A stretch of 64,000 nt of DNA from Candidatus Berkelbacteria bacterium (GTDB taxonomy: Bacteria > Patescibacteriota > UBA1384 > XYA2-FULL-43-10 > 1-14-0-10-43-13), in assembly GCA_037143235.1 (NCBI GenBank), contig JBAWZC010000002.1, positions 47,186-111,185 on the forward strand, given 5' to 3'. Positions 1 through 9,527 of this stretch are shown one piece after another (positions within the stretch are counted from its first letter, which is position 1; every line of letters starts with the position of its first letter). The notes beneath the pieces were generated by a model. It ran no database searches. It was not told the origin of the DNA and was given only the letters and a program-made list of their open reading frames with translations. The position numbers were made by a program, and so were the translations under genes.

Positions 1-438
1 GTCAAATTGACAAGACATCGAAAAATCCGTTGGGCATTTTAGATCCAAAGCAGTGTCAGTGTTAAATACAAATTGATCATAGGTACTGCCATCTTTTTCA
101 AGTACAACTTTTTGAATCATATTATCAGTATCGATTGTCACTTGATCGGTCAAACAATTCAAATCATTGGATTTATATAATCTAGCGGCAGGCACAACAC
201 CTCCACCAGCATCAGGTGTTAGATTATCAAACCTCACTCCGTAGCATTTCACGCTACTATCAGCAGGATTTTTCGAAAGTGTATACGCCTGATTTATCAA
301 TTCTTTGACTTCGTCTGACTTCTGACGAAACGCTACATCTTTGCCAAACTGACTATATGCAGGTATGCCAATCCCTGCCATCAATCCGATGATAGCAATC
401 ACAACCAAAAGTTCAATTAGGGTATAAGCTTTTTGCAT
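1..438 (-). CDS. Type IV pilin-like protein (3' end runs off window)
   Basis: Manual translation from ATG at 438: MQKAYTLIELLVVIAIIGLMAGIGIPAY, a class III signal peptide. Not in the ORF track. Confidence 0.85.
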   Translation of the reverse strand, partial: MQKAYTLIELLVVIAIIGLMAGIGIPAYSQFGKDVAFRQKSDEVKELINQAYTLSKNPADSSVKCYGVRFDNLTPDAGGGVVPAARLYKSNDLNCLTDQVTIDTDNMIQKVVLEKDGSTYDQFVFNTDTALDLKCPTDFSMSCQFD

Positions 439-461
439 AACGATATGGTATTCGTCTGTAA

Positions 462-1019
462 TTATTGACAAGTCGCAGTCTTCCAAAGAGGAAGATTATC
501 AAGCGGAACACTGTTCGGCTGTCCAGCATAGTAACACTTACCATTTGGCGAATTTCCCCCAGAGCCAGTCTCCAGAACTGTAAACAATAGATATGTAGTA
601 TAAAAGGTAGAAGACATCGGTTTATATATATATTTAAGCTTCCAGTCGTTAGATGTTGCGTTTTTATCTCTTTGGTCGACTGGAACGGGGCTTAAGTATT
701 TAGACAAAGAATCGTACAATGTGTGGTCTGTACCATTAGAACCCAGAGTTTTTTCTCCCTGAATATACTGATATTCACCAACGCCAGTGCCATAAAAATC
801 TCCTGCCGAAATAGTATCTAATTTGGGATAAGTCCCGTTTGCCTGTTTGTACATCTCTAACGCTGTGGAGATCTGATCGATATCAGCCTTGCGAGTATTA
901 TCTCGCACCTTTGCCTGTGCACCCGAAGCACTGTATACCACAATGCCGGCCAAGATACCGATGATGGCAATCACGATCATTAGTTCGATAAGCGTAAAAG
1001 CCCGTTTGTATAAATTCAT
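462..1019 (-). CDS. Type IV pilin / GspG-like pseudopilin
   Basis: KRAFTLIELMIVIAIIGILA N-methylation motif, RDxxRKAD helix, C-terminal Cys pair. Confidence 0.9.
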   Translation of the reverse strand: MNLYKRAFTLIELMIVIAIIGILAGIVVYSASGAQAKVRDNTRKADIDQISTALEMYKQANGTYPKLDTISAGDFYGTGVGEYQYIQGEKTLGSNGTDHTLYDSLSKYLSPVPVDQRDKNATSNDWKLKYIYKPMSSTFYTTYLLFTVLETGSGGNSPNGKCYYAGQPNSVPLDNLPLWKTATCQ

Positions 1020-1072
1020 AACCCTCCCCGATAATAATTACTAATATTATATCACAATCAGTTGGTATAAAT

Positions 1073-1183
1073 ACAACAAACCGAAACTTTGGCTACGAGC
1101 CCACGTAGATCAAGCTTTAGCTTGCTAGGCGGCACACGGTGAGCCGTAATCGACAATCCGTAGATCAAGCTTCAGCTTGTTTG
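1073..1183. repeat. REP cluster left of RAYT (GTAG-NN-CANNC-TTYA-GNNTG)
   Basis: Copies at 1105-1124 and 1160-1179; degenerate inverted copy ~1078-1096. Confidence 0.85.
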
Positions 1184-1184
1184 C

Positions 1185-1730
1185 CTAAAAATCATCAGAA
1201 AACGCTTTAAAATCAACTACCGGATACTTTTCAAAACTATCGTTCATATATTCTTTACCCTTTTTCCTGACCCACTCGTCGTAACTGGAAAATTCATAGC
1301 TAAATTCCTTTGCAATCCCATGCTTGATTGGGTTTTGATGAATATAATTCAAATGTTTGAAAAAGTCTTCTTCGTCACGAATCACATGGTCGTAATAATT
1401 CCACCATATTTTACGATCAATTACAAAATCAGCTTTGTTGATCGACCGCGAGCTCGCGCCGTTTAACTCGGCAATAAACTTTTTAAGTGTCGATGCGTCT
1501 TTGACCTTTAACAATACATGGTAGTGATTGTGTAATATTGCATAAGCCAGTAGAGAATAATCGAACTTCTTGGTTTTTTCTTTGATAATATTCAGAAGCA
1601 AAGATTTATATTTGTCTGGCTGCAAAAACCACTGCGCATCGACGCATCTACTGGTTATGAAATAAATCGAATTATCATGGATGATGTGCTTAGGACGATT
1701 GGTAAAAGTTGGTTTATATTTCGGCTGCAT
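1185..1730 (-). mobile_element. REP-associated tyrosine transposase (RAYT, Y1/IS200-like HUH)
   Basis: YFITSRC, HUH motif in LHNHYHVLL, W..YYDHVIRDE, YIHQNPIKHG, Y.FSSY; flanked by GTAG REPs. Confidence 0.9.
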
Positions 1731-1749
1731 GGATTAATTTTATCACAAA

Positions 1750-1906
1750 CAAACTAAAGTTTGAGCTACATTTTCCCCGCAGCTCAAGCTTTAGCGTGCT
1801 GGGCGGCACACGGTGAACCGTGGTCTACCAGAGCGTACCGCACGCTTTAGCGTGTTTACAACAGCCTGAAGGCTGGGCTACGATCCGTATCTCACGCTTT
1901 AGCGTG
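1750..1906. repeat. REP cluster right of RAYT (5 copies)
   Basis: 1750-1769 (inv), 1779-1798, 1835-1854, 1862-1881 (inv), 1887-1906; spacer GGCGGCACACGGTGARCCG shared with left cluster. Confidence 0.85.
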
Positions 1907-1909
1907 CAA

Positions 1910-2665
1910 TTAGAACATCGTATATCCCAAATACAAACCAACAATATAATTTCCCACAAGCAAAGAGATGAAGATAGCCAGCACGAGGAATGGCGCGAAG
2001 GGCACAGAGTCCTGCATCGACTTTCTCTTTAGACCCATCATAATCAGCCCGATAACGCTACCGAGCACAAAAGCCATTAACAATCCCAGCAAGATAACGC
2101 CAGATCCAAGCAAAAAACCCATAATGATGCCGATTTTGATATCACCAGATCCCATCCACTTGCCCTTTGATACCGTCACGATCGCTCCGAGAAATCCGCC
2201 GCCGATCAGACCACCTAGCAACATCTGCCAAACGTCAAAGCCGCCGGCCAAAAAACCAAACACTGAGAGTCCAAGAGCGATCCAAATAAATATTTCTGGT
2301 ACCTCCTCAGTCTTGATATCATGAATAACAGCCACCATCAAGATGGAAAATATGGCTGCATAGTAAAAAGTTGCAACATTTAATCCGAAAAAGTAATACA
2401 GGAGTACAAATACGGCGCCTGTGGATAACTCAACGACAGGATACTGCCACGAAATCGGTTTATTACAATATCTACACCTCGTTTTCAGAATAAAAAAAGA
2501 TAATACTGGTATCAAGTCGTACCACACCAGCTTCGTCTTGCAGTTTGGGCACTCTGAACGGCCAGTCAAGACCGACGCCAGATCATCAGTTCGCAAGACC
2601 AGAACATTTATAAAAGACCCGATAATTAGACCAAAAAGTGCAAATAGGATTAGATTTAATGTCAT
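1910..2665 (-). CDS. pilD: Prepilin peptidase
   Basis: GSFINV, RSECPNC...CRYC, DLIPVLSF, GSGDIK motifs; multi-TM. Confidence 0.95.
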   Translation of the reverse strand: MTLNLILFALFGLIIGSFINVLVLRTDDLASVLTGRSECPNCKTKLVWYDLIPVLSFFILKTRCRYCNKPISWQYPVVELSTGAVFVLLYYFFGLNVATFYYAAIFSILMVAVIHDIKTEEVPEIFIWIALGLSVFGFLAGGFDVWQMLLGGLIGGGFLGAIVTVSKGKWMGSGDIKIGIIMGFLLGSGVILLGLLMAFVLGSVIGLIMMGLKRKSMQDSVPFAPFLVLAIFISLLVGNYIVGLYLGYTMF

Positions 2666-2709
2666 ATAATTATTATATCAAAACAAATCATTTTCTACAT
2701 TTCTAAATT

Positions 2710-2742
2710 AAAAAAGCGGAAGTCGCAACTTCCGCTTTTTTT
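2710..2742 (-). terminator. Intrinsic terminator after the pilin gene (potentially bidirectional)
   Basis: AAAAAAGCGGAAGT-CGCA-ACTTCCGCTTTTTTT. Confidence 0.85.
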
Positions 2743-2749
2743 GTAGCAT

Positions 2750-3175
2750 TTAATTGGCTACACAACTTGTTGCGGTACATTTAATACCACCAGTGCTGCC
2801 AATAGTAATCGAAACTATTGCACCAGAGTTAATATTCATCGCAGATGGCTTGTTAAGATTATTTTTAAACAAAGCAGAATCTGGCCATGAACCAGTTATG
2901 GTAGTGCTTGGTGCCAATGTACCAGTAGAGTTTTTAACACAGACTGAAGTACCAGCGGCTGGATAAATAGTCATAGGTCTTAGATACTCACCCGCGGCCA
3001 AACATTGTTGAGCCAGCTTTACAGCATTATCCAAATTAGCCGCATCGGTGGTATTTTTAGCTTTGGTTGATGCCCCAGCTGACGAATAAATCACTACACC
3101 TGCCAAGATGCCGATGATGGCGATGACAATCAAAAGCTCGATCAAGGTAAAACCCTTTTTAATTCCTTTTAACAT
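2750..3175 (-). CDS. Type IV pilin (probable major pilin)
   Basis: KKGFTLIELLIVIAIIGILA; AGGAGG SD and its own terminator. Confidence 0.9.
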   Translation of the reverse strand: MLKGIKKGFTLIELLIVIAIIGILAGVVIYSSAGASTKAKNTTDAANLDNAVKLAQQCLAAGEYLRPMTIYPAAGTSVCVKNSTGTLAPSTTITGSWPDSALFKNNLNKPSAMNINSGAIVSITIGSTGGIKCTATSCVAN

Positions 3176-3207
3176 ATTCCCTCCTAATTATAATTCGGTT
3201 TATTGTT

Positions 3208-3240
3208 ACTTCTCGATTCGCGGACTCACTCGAAGAATAA
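3208..3240 (-). repeat. TTATTCTTCGAGCGAGT..GAGTCGAGAAGT repeat family (inverted copy)
   Basis: Other copies at 6068-6101, 9185-9217, 14324-14357, 22745-22778. Confidence 0.75.
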
Positions 3241-3458
3241 AATGCTTACGATAAAGAATTTATTGTACGAGCCTGTCGAGAACCGACCACTTATTTTACT
3301 TCCCTTTTAATTTGCTTGCTCTCTGATCGACCAGCCAGAGAAGCAAAATATCTATAATAATATTATATATTCTATTACCACATCAGTGCAAGAGCACAGA
3401 TGAAATTTCTAAATTTCCAATTTCTCAATCAAACGATCAACCAAATAAATAATCTTGA

Positions 3459-4667
3459 TTACGCTCCCGCGCTGCCGGCAATACTGTATATGGGCAACAA
3501 GATAGAAAAGACGAGAAACGCCACCGCAGCACCGATGATAACCAAGACGACAGGCTCTACGAGAGTACTAATAATCTTGATATTCTCCTCTGAATTCTCT
3601 TCGTAATAAATGGCTACTTTATCTAAGATCTTGCCAAGCTCACCCGTTTCTTCACCAACAGACATCATCTGTGACAAAAGTACTGGAAAAACAGGGTCCT
3701 TGGACATCTGCACAGATAGCGGCACACCTTTTTCGACTTGTTGCGACGCAAGCACGATCGCCTCTTCGTAAATAACATTGTTCATAATAGTCGCACCGAT
3801 CTTCAAAGCATCTAACAGAGGTACGCCAGCCTCAATCAGCATCGCCATCACTCGAGAGAACCTTGTCATCGCTACATTTTCCGTCATCTGACGAAGTCCT
3901 GGCATCTCGAGCTCAAACCTATTCCACCACCTAGCCCCAGACTCAGACGAGAGCCAGAAACGAACCAAAAGAAATATAACCAATAGACCAAGAATCACTA
4001 CCCACCAATACGAAGCCATAAAGCCGGACATCGCCAGCAAGATCTGAGTTGAGATCGGCAAAGCCTTGCCAGACTGTTCGAAAACGGTCGCTAACTTTGG
4101 CACGACCGATGCCATCATATAAGTACCAATCAGGAGCATAACGATCAAGATAAAGGCAGGATAGTAAAGTGCACCACGAACCTTGGACATAAAGTTGTGA
4201 TCAGCCTCGAGTTTCTTGGATAACTGATCAAGTACCACATCAAGCTTACCAGTGCTTTCACCAGAAGCAACGATGCTGATATAAAGTCGATCAAAAACAT
4301 CCGGATGTTTTGCGAGTGCGCCAGAAAGATTGAAACCTTCTTCCAGGTCCTTATAGACTTCCAGAAAAATACTCTTTAGATATGGTTTTGCCGCCTGAGC
4401 TGCCAACATACTGATTGCTTTGGTCAGAGAGATACCAGAAGACAACATCGTTGCCAACTGACGAGAGAATACGGCTTTTTCCTTGACAGAGACAGTCGGC
4501 TTGAACCAATTGTCGACTTTCAATATCTTGTGCTCGAGCATCATATTGACCGGCACTAGATTGTGTCGTATTAATACACTCTCAGCGAGAGACTGATTTT
4601 CAGCGCTGACTGAGCCAGTAACTATTTCACCCTGCTCGTTTTTTGCTTTGTATAAAAACTTTGTCAT
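3459..4667 (-). CDS. pilC: Type IV pilus platform protein PilC / GspF family
   Basis: FSRQLATMLSSG, GESTGKLD, GEETGELG; start moved to ATG 4667 after GGAGG. Confidence 0.93.
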   Translation of the reverse strand: MTKFLYKAKNEQGEIVTGSVSAENQSLAESVLIRHNLVPVNMMLEHKILKVDNWFKPTVSVKEKAVFSRQLATMLSSGISLTKAISMLAAQAAKPYLKSIFLEVYKDLEEGFNLSGALAKHPDVFDRLYISIVASGESTGKLDVVLDQLSKKLEADHNFMSKVRGALYYPAFILIVMLLIGTYMMASVVPKLATVFEQSGKALPISTQILLAMSGFMASYWWVVILGLLVIFLLVRFWLSSESGARWWNRFELEMPGLRQMTENVAMTRFSRVMAMLIEAGVPLLDALKIGATIMNNVIYEEAIVLASQQVEKGVPLSVQMSKDPVFPVLLSQMMSVGEETGELGKILDKVAIYYEENSEENIKIISTLVEPVVLVIIGAAVAFLVFSILLPIYSIAGSAGA

Positions 4668-4729
4668 AACTATCCTCCATGGTTTCATCTATTATTATAT
4701 GACCATTTGGAAACCAATGCAATAAAACA

Positions 4730-4870
4730 AATTTAATCATTTGGTCATTTACTCATTTTTCAATTCAATTTTCAAATGATTAAATATCTAAATCAATGGC
4801 TAAATGGATAAATAATCAAATGAATAGATAATACACTAACTAAATGATTAATTGATTAAATGATTAAATC
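4730..4870. repeat. Degenerate 8-mer tandem array in inverted halves (ATTTAATC / AATGATTA)
   Basis: Visible periodicity, with forward units followed by reverse-complement units. Confidence 0.7.
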
Positions 4871-4873
4871 TCC

Positions 4874-5941
4874 CTAGTACACCATCATCTTGAACGCTTT
4901 GGGGTCGAGTGAATAATTCAAAGCATCCTCGAGAGTGATATCACCTCGTGAAACATACTCGGCCAGAACTTTATCCAGACTAATCATACCTTCGGCCGCG
5001 GAAGTCTGAATGATATTTGGAATCTGGAAATTCTTGCCTTCACGAATCAAGCTCTTAACGGCTGTATTTGCCATCATTATCTCCGCTGCAAGTACTCGAC
5101 CACCATTTATCTTCGGGATCAGACGCTGCGAAACAACCCCGAGCAAGACAGAAGCCAATTGCGAGGCAACCTGCTGTTGTAGATGAGGCGGGAATATATT
5201 GATAATACGGTCAGCTGTTTGCGCTGAAGAGTTGGTGTGCAAAGTGGTGAAGACCAAGTGGCCAGTCTCAGCCAGGTTCAGTGCAGCCTCAACAGTCTCA
5301 AGATCGCGCATCTCACCGACCATGACGACATCTGGATCTTCGCGCATCGCAGATCGCAAGGCTCGAGAAAATGTTTCCGTATCAGAACCAACTTCACGCT
5401 GGGAGATGACGCTTTGTTTATTTTCAAAAACATATTCGATCGGATCTTCAATCGTAATGATATGCTTGCGCTTTTCGCTATTGATCTTGTCAATCATAGC
5501 CGCCAAGGTTGTGGATTTACCTGAGCCGGTAGGGCCAGTAATAATCACAAAACCCTGATTATGCTCGGTGAATTTCTCCAAGATAGGTGGCAAACCGAGA
5601 TCGCCAAACTGGCGAATTTCTTTCGGAATAATACGCAAAGAAGCAGCTACTGTCCCCTTTTGATAGTAGATGTTAGCACGAAATCTCATCGCCTTGTAAC
5701 CAAACGAAAAATCGACATCCTTGCTGCGCTTCAGACGGATGAGCAACTCAGGCGGAGTGAAGGAACCAACAATTTTCTCAGCTCCAGCGAGGTCAACATC
5801 AGGAGAGTCTGGTATCGACATCAAATTGCCGTCAATACGGACGGTTATTGGTAGGCCGACAGAGACATGAATATCAGAAGCATTATGCTCGATCGCATAA
5901 TCCAAATATTTAGCAAAACCGTTTCCAGTTACTTCAGCCAC
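4874..5941 (-). CDS. pilT: Type IV pilus retraction ATPase
   Basis: GPTGSGKSTT, TIEDPIE, REDPDVVMVGEMRD, AETGHLVFTTLHT; GTG start at 5941 after GGAGGGG. Confidence 0.95.
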   Translation of the reverse strand: MAEVTGNGFAKYLDYAIEHNASDIHVSVGLPITVRIDGNLMSIPDSPDVDLAGAEKIVGSFTPPELLIRLKRSKDVDFSFGYKAMRFRANIYYQKGTVAASLRIIPKEIRQFGDLGLPPILEKFTEHNQGFVIITGPTGSGKSTTLAAMIDKINSEKRKHIITIEDPIEYVFENKQSVISQREVGSDTETFSRALRSAMREDPDVVMVGEMRDLETVEAALNLAETGHLVFTTLHTNSSAQTADRIINIFPPHLQQQVASQLASVLLGVVSQRLIPKINGGRVLAAEIMMANTAVKSLIREGKNFQIPNIIQTSAAEGMISLDKVLAEYVSRGDITLEDALNYSLDPKAFKMMVY

Positions 5942-5982
5942 AATCCCCTCCAAAGCGTCATTAATTCAATATAAAAGTAATT

Positions 5983-6018
5983 GTTTGACCCTTCCGTAGC
6001 TCGAAGAGCGAAGGAGGG
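5983..6018. repeat. CCGTAGC-loop-GCGAAGG hairpin element (free-standing copy of the family inserted in tRNA-Trp)
   Basis: TTGACCCTTCCGTAGC-TCGAAGA-GCGAAGGAGGG. Confidence 0.7.
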
Positions 6019-6210
6019 CTTAATTCAATTTGCAAGTCTGTTCTCCACAAGGTCGAACCATAACTTTTTATTCTTCGAGCGAGTCTGACGAGTCGAGAAG
6101 TCCAACTCTGTTCTCGATCCATAAACACCATTTCTGTCTATATATATTCTACTCGAATAGCACTGCACAAGCAAACTATTGGCCTGCAACCGTTTACATA
6201 CAACCACAGA

Positions 6211-8925
6211 TTACACCACTGGAGCATCCTCGCTCTTGTTTTCGACAACAGCTTGAAATATTTCATCGATAGTCGTCTCGCCAGCAAAAGCTTTCAATAT
6301 CCCATCTTGCCGCATCGTCAACATCCCATTTTTGATCGACTGTTCCTTGATCTCGTTTGCTGGCCTTTTCCCGATTGCCAACTCTTCGATCTCGGGAGTT
6401 ATCTTCATCACCTCATATATGCCCAATCGTCCTTTAAATCCATTGTTACACTCGTCACAACCCTTGCCATAATAGAGTTTCCACTCTTTCGGAAATCGAG
6501 CCCTGTCCTCAACGTTTTGTGGTGAAATTTTGTCTAACTCGCCCTTGATCTGTTCCATTAGCTTCTCAGGAACTTTCATCTCCTGCTTACATTTCGGACA
6601 GATACGACGCACTAGACGCTGTGCGATAATCAAATTAATCGCCGAAGTAATCAAAAATGGTTCTATGCCCATATTGATCAAGCGTGGTAGGGCTCCAGCA
6701 GTATCATTTGTATGTAAAGTCGAAAGCACTAGGTGGCCAGTCAATGCAGCGTGTGTAGCCATATTTGCAGTCTCAGAGTCACGAATCTCACCAACCATAA
6801 TAATATTCGGGTCTTGTCGCAAAACGCTGCGAAGACCAGAAGCAAAGGTAAAACCAATCTCCGGCTTGACCTGACACTGGTTTATGCCAGCAATTTCGTA
6901 TTCAACAGGATCTTCAAGCGTAATTACATTCACCCCAGGGACGCTAATGCGGTTTAGAATAGCGTAAAGAGTTGTTGATTTACCCGAACCCGTCGGACCA
7001 GTCGCAAGAATGACCCCAAAAGGCTTACCAATCGCCTCTACCGTATCTTTCTGCGCTGTCCCCATCACCCCAAGATCTTCGAGGGAAAGAATGCTCTGAC
7101 TTTTATCCAAGATCCTCATCACTACTTTTTCACCATGAACGGTCGGCAAGGTCGAAACACGCACATCGACTTCTCTCTTGTTGAAAACAACATCGAAACG
7201 GCCATCTTGCGGAATTCTCATCTCATCAATTTTGAGCTTGGAAAGAATCTTGATACGACTGACAAAGGGCGGATGAAACGATAGAGGGAGATCAAGCGCC
7301 TCTTTCATCACACCATCAACACGACACCTGATACGCAGAGACTTCACCAGAGGCTCAACATGAATATCCGAGGCTCGCGTTGTCAAGGCATAGTTTATAA
7401 CCGAAGCAACAATCTTGGGGATATAGCCACCTTTGCAAGACTCAGCCAGCATCTTTTCGTCCCTGATATCTTCTTTGACCAAAGATCCGATATCTTCATT
7501 TGCAAGGCCAGAGGCATCGCGAGCCTGCGACTCAGTGTCCAAGATTTGAGGCGCAGACGAAACAGCTGTATCTTCAACTTTCGCAGGCTGATCAGCTTGA
7601 CTAGTCAACAGACCACCATTTTGATTTATTTTCTGATCATTTTCAGTTGATCCCTGTTCTATTCCTTCTGACTCCTGCTTGCCCCGCGTAGCCTCGGCGG
7701 AGTGGGGATTACCAGACTTATCCACAGATTCTAGTTTTTGTTTACCAGACTTATTATTATCAGAATTATCAACCAAATCACTAGTCCCATTTTCAATATT
7801 GGTAACTTTAATACCAGCCGCCTGCAAACTTTCTTTGTCGCCGGCTCGAATACCCTCAGCAATCTGATCACGCTTTTGCTGCTGCGAAGGATCTATTGCA
7901 AGAGTATTTTTTATTTGATCGTCTTTTTTCGGAGTCGATATATCATCGATCGTCATCTCTGCTCTTTCGTTGACACCGAGCAAGCTTCCAACCATACTCT
8001 TAAATGACACCGCATCGCCACCCTTCGGTGCACTTTCTACCATAGGAGGGCTACTTGTCTCAACTTTTTCAATCTTATCAACCGTAAAATCAGGCAGATT
8101 TTGAATTGACTCACCCTTCTGCACAGTTTTTGATTCTGGGGACTGACTCAATTCCTTCAGTTTTGTTACCACAAAATCAATATCAGACCTAGATGTCGCA
8201 AAGAGCTCAACCTTAATATTATTTTCCTGACGTAATGACTGAACTATTTTCAAGGTTCTAGCATCATCAGGTTTCTCGCAAGCCAATAAATATTCTCCTG
8301 CTTGGTTTTGACCAATGACGACCACACGATTCTTTTCAATGAAATCCAAAGGCAATTTGTGAATATATTTCTCTGCAATCGCTTGATTTTGCAGGTACAC
8401 CACCGGCAAACTACCTTTTTTCAGTAAAGACTTGTTAGATTTTGGGGGGCGATATTGTTTTACGGCTTCGCTAAAATCAGTTTCACCCGTGACAAATAAT
8501 TCAATCTCGACTCCTTTTTTGTCAAAGAAATCGAGCAAACCAGTCTTGAAACCAACTAGCATATCTGCTGGATGAGCGACGGCTAGGCGAAGCAAGTTGT
8601 CAGTAAACGCAAAAGGTATTGCACCATATTTTCTGGAAATATTCTCGGGAAATATTTTCCTCGCCTCCACAGGGATCAAAACATTTTTCAGCTCGATATA
8701 AGGTAATTTAAGTAAAATACCATAGGCTTTGTTGATCGAGTCACGGGTCACTAGATTATTTTTTACCAAAAAGGTCTCAAGTTCGCGGTTGGTCTTGAAC
8801 ATCGTTCGCAAAGTGGATGCATCGTCCTGATCAATCACATTTTGCAACACAAAAACATCCAAAATAGACTGTGTTGACACAGCCTGCGGCAGATATCTTA
8901 AATTTGATTTGACAATATCGGCCAT
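6211..8925 (-). CDS. pilB: Type IV pilus assembly ATPase PilB / GspE family
   Basis: ASDIHVEP, GPTGSGKSTT, LRQDPNIIMVGEIRD, CPKC...CDEC zinc motif. Confidence 0.95.
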   Translation of the reverse strand: MADIVKSNLRYLPQAVSTQSILDVFVLQNVIDQDDASTLRTMFKTNRELETFLVKNNLVTRDSINKAYGILLKLPYIELKNVLIPVEARKIFPENISRKYGAIPFAFTDNLLRLAVAHPADMLVGFKTGLLDFFDKKGVEIELFVTGETDFSEAVKQYRPPKSNKSLLKKGSLPVVYLQNQAIAEKYIHKLPLDFIEKNRVVVIGQNQAGEYLLACEKPDDARTLKIVQSLRQENNIKVELFATSRSDIDFVVTKLKELSQSPESKTVQKGESIQNLPDFTVDKIEKVETSSPPMVESAPKGGDAVSFKSMVGSLLGVNERAEMTIDDISTPKKDDQIKNTLAIDPSQQQKRDQIAEGIRAGDKESLQAAGIKVTNIENGTSDLVDNSDNNKSGKQKLESVDKSGNPHSAEATRGKQESEGIEQGSTENDQKINQNGGLLTSQADQPAKVEDTAVSSAPQILDTESQARDASGLANEDIGSLVKEDIRDEKMLAESCKGGYIPKIVASVINYALTTRASDIHVEPLVKSLRIRCRVDGVMKEALDLPLSFHPPFVSRIKILSKLKIDEMRIPQDGRFDVVFNKREVDVRVSTLPTVHGEKVVMRILDKSQSILSLEDLGVMGTAQKDTVEAIGKPFGVILATGPTGSGKSTTLYAILNRISVPGVNVITLEDPVEYEIAGINQCQVKPEIGFTFASGLRSVLRQDPNIIMVGEIRDSETANMATHAALTGHLVLSTLHTNDTAGALPRLINMGIEPFLITSAINLIIAQRLVRRICPKCKQEMKVPEKLMEQIKGELDKISPQNVEDRARFPKEWKLYYGKGCDECNNGFKGRLGIYEVMKITPEIEELAIGKRPANEIKEQSIKNGMLTMRQDGILKAFAGETTIDEIFQAVVENKSEDAPVV

Positions 8926-8998
8926 CCCCTCCCGAACATCATTAATTCAATATACAAGTCAGTTCTCGGAATAACGAACGTTTCTTCCATTATTTTTT

Positions 8999-9217
8999 GT
9001 CATTGCGAGGAGTCTGCGACGAAGCAATCTATCATTTAGTCTATTCTCGACAAGCTCGAACCATAACCGTTTACTCTTCAAAAAATGAAAAATGATCTTT
9101 GGAACAAATCTTGCTAGCTGAGAAGTAATGATAGATTGCCACGAGCCGAACGAACAGATCGGCTCTCGCAATGACAAGCATTTATTACTCTTCGAGCGAG
9201 TTCCCGAGTCGAGAAGT
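8999..9217. repeat. Composite palindromic repeat block (GTCATTGCGAG..GCAATCT inverted pair plus TTCGAGCGAG family)
   Basis: 8999-9030 and inverted 9133-9175; TTCTCGACAAGCTCGAAC at ~9044; 9185-9217. Confidence 0.75.
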
Positions 9218-9243
9218 AACCAATCCAAAAGAAACAACCAAAT

Positions 9244-9507
9244 TTATAGTCCAGTAAAAGGATTGGTCCGTCCTACGCCTTCTGTAGGCGCAGCCAATGG
9301 CATACCCACCAAATTCTGCCTGCCAGTCATAATTTTATCAACTTGCGTCTTGTAGCTGTTTATATCAATAGTTGCGTAATCATCAGATGCAGGAGTCACT
9401 TCGGAAACCGCAATAGCATTTGACCATGACCAGAAAAACCCAATCGCCACGACGGCAACAAAAACCAAAGTAATGATTAGGGGTGTCTGCTTTTTTATAT
9501 CGTTCAT
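9244..9507 (-). CDS. Small membrane-anchored protein, PilP-like
   Basis: N-terminal TM, C-terminal GRTNPF motif, follows pilO-like gene. Confidence 0.65.
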   Translation of the reverse strand: MNDIKKQTPLIITLVFVAVVAIGFFWSWSNAIAVSEVTPASDDYATIDINSYKTQVDKIMTGRQNLVGMPLAAPTEGVGRTNPFTGL

Positions 9508-9527
9508 ATCTCCTCCCGTTTTAGAAT

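Noticed and set aside
8959-9355. ORFs 8959-9237 and 9128-9355 (likewise 1820-2032, 6025-6272, 12131-12334, 22187-22375)
   Set aside because: Translations of palindromic repeat blocks or antisense overlaps.
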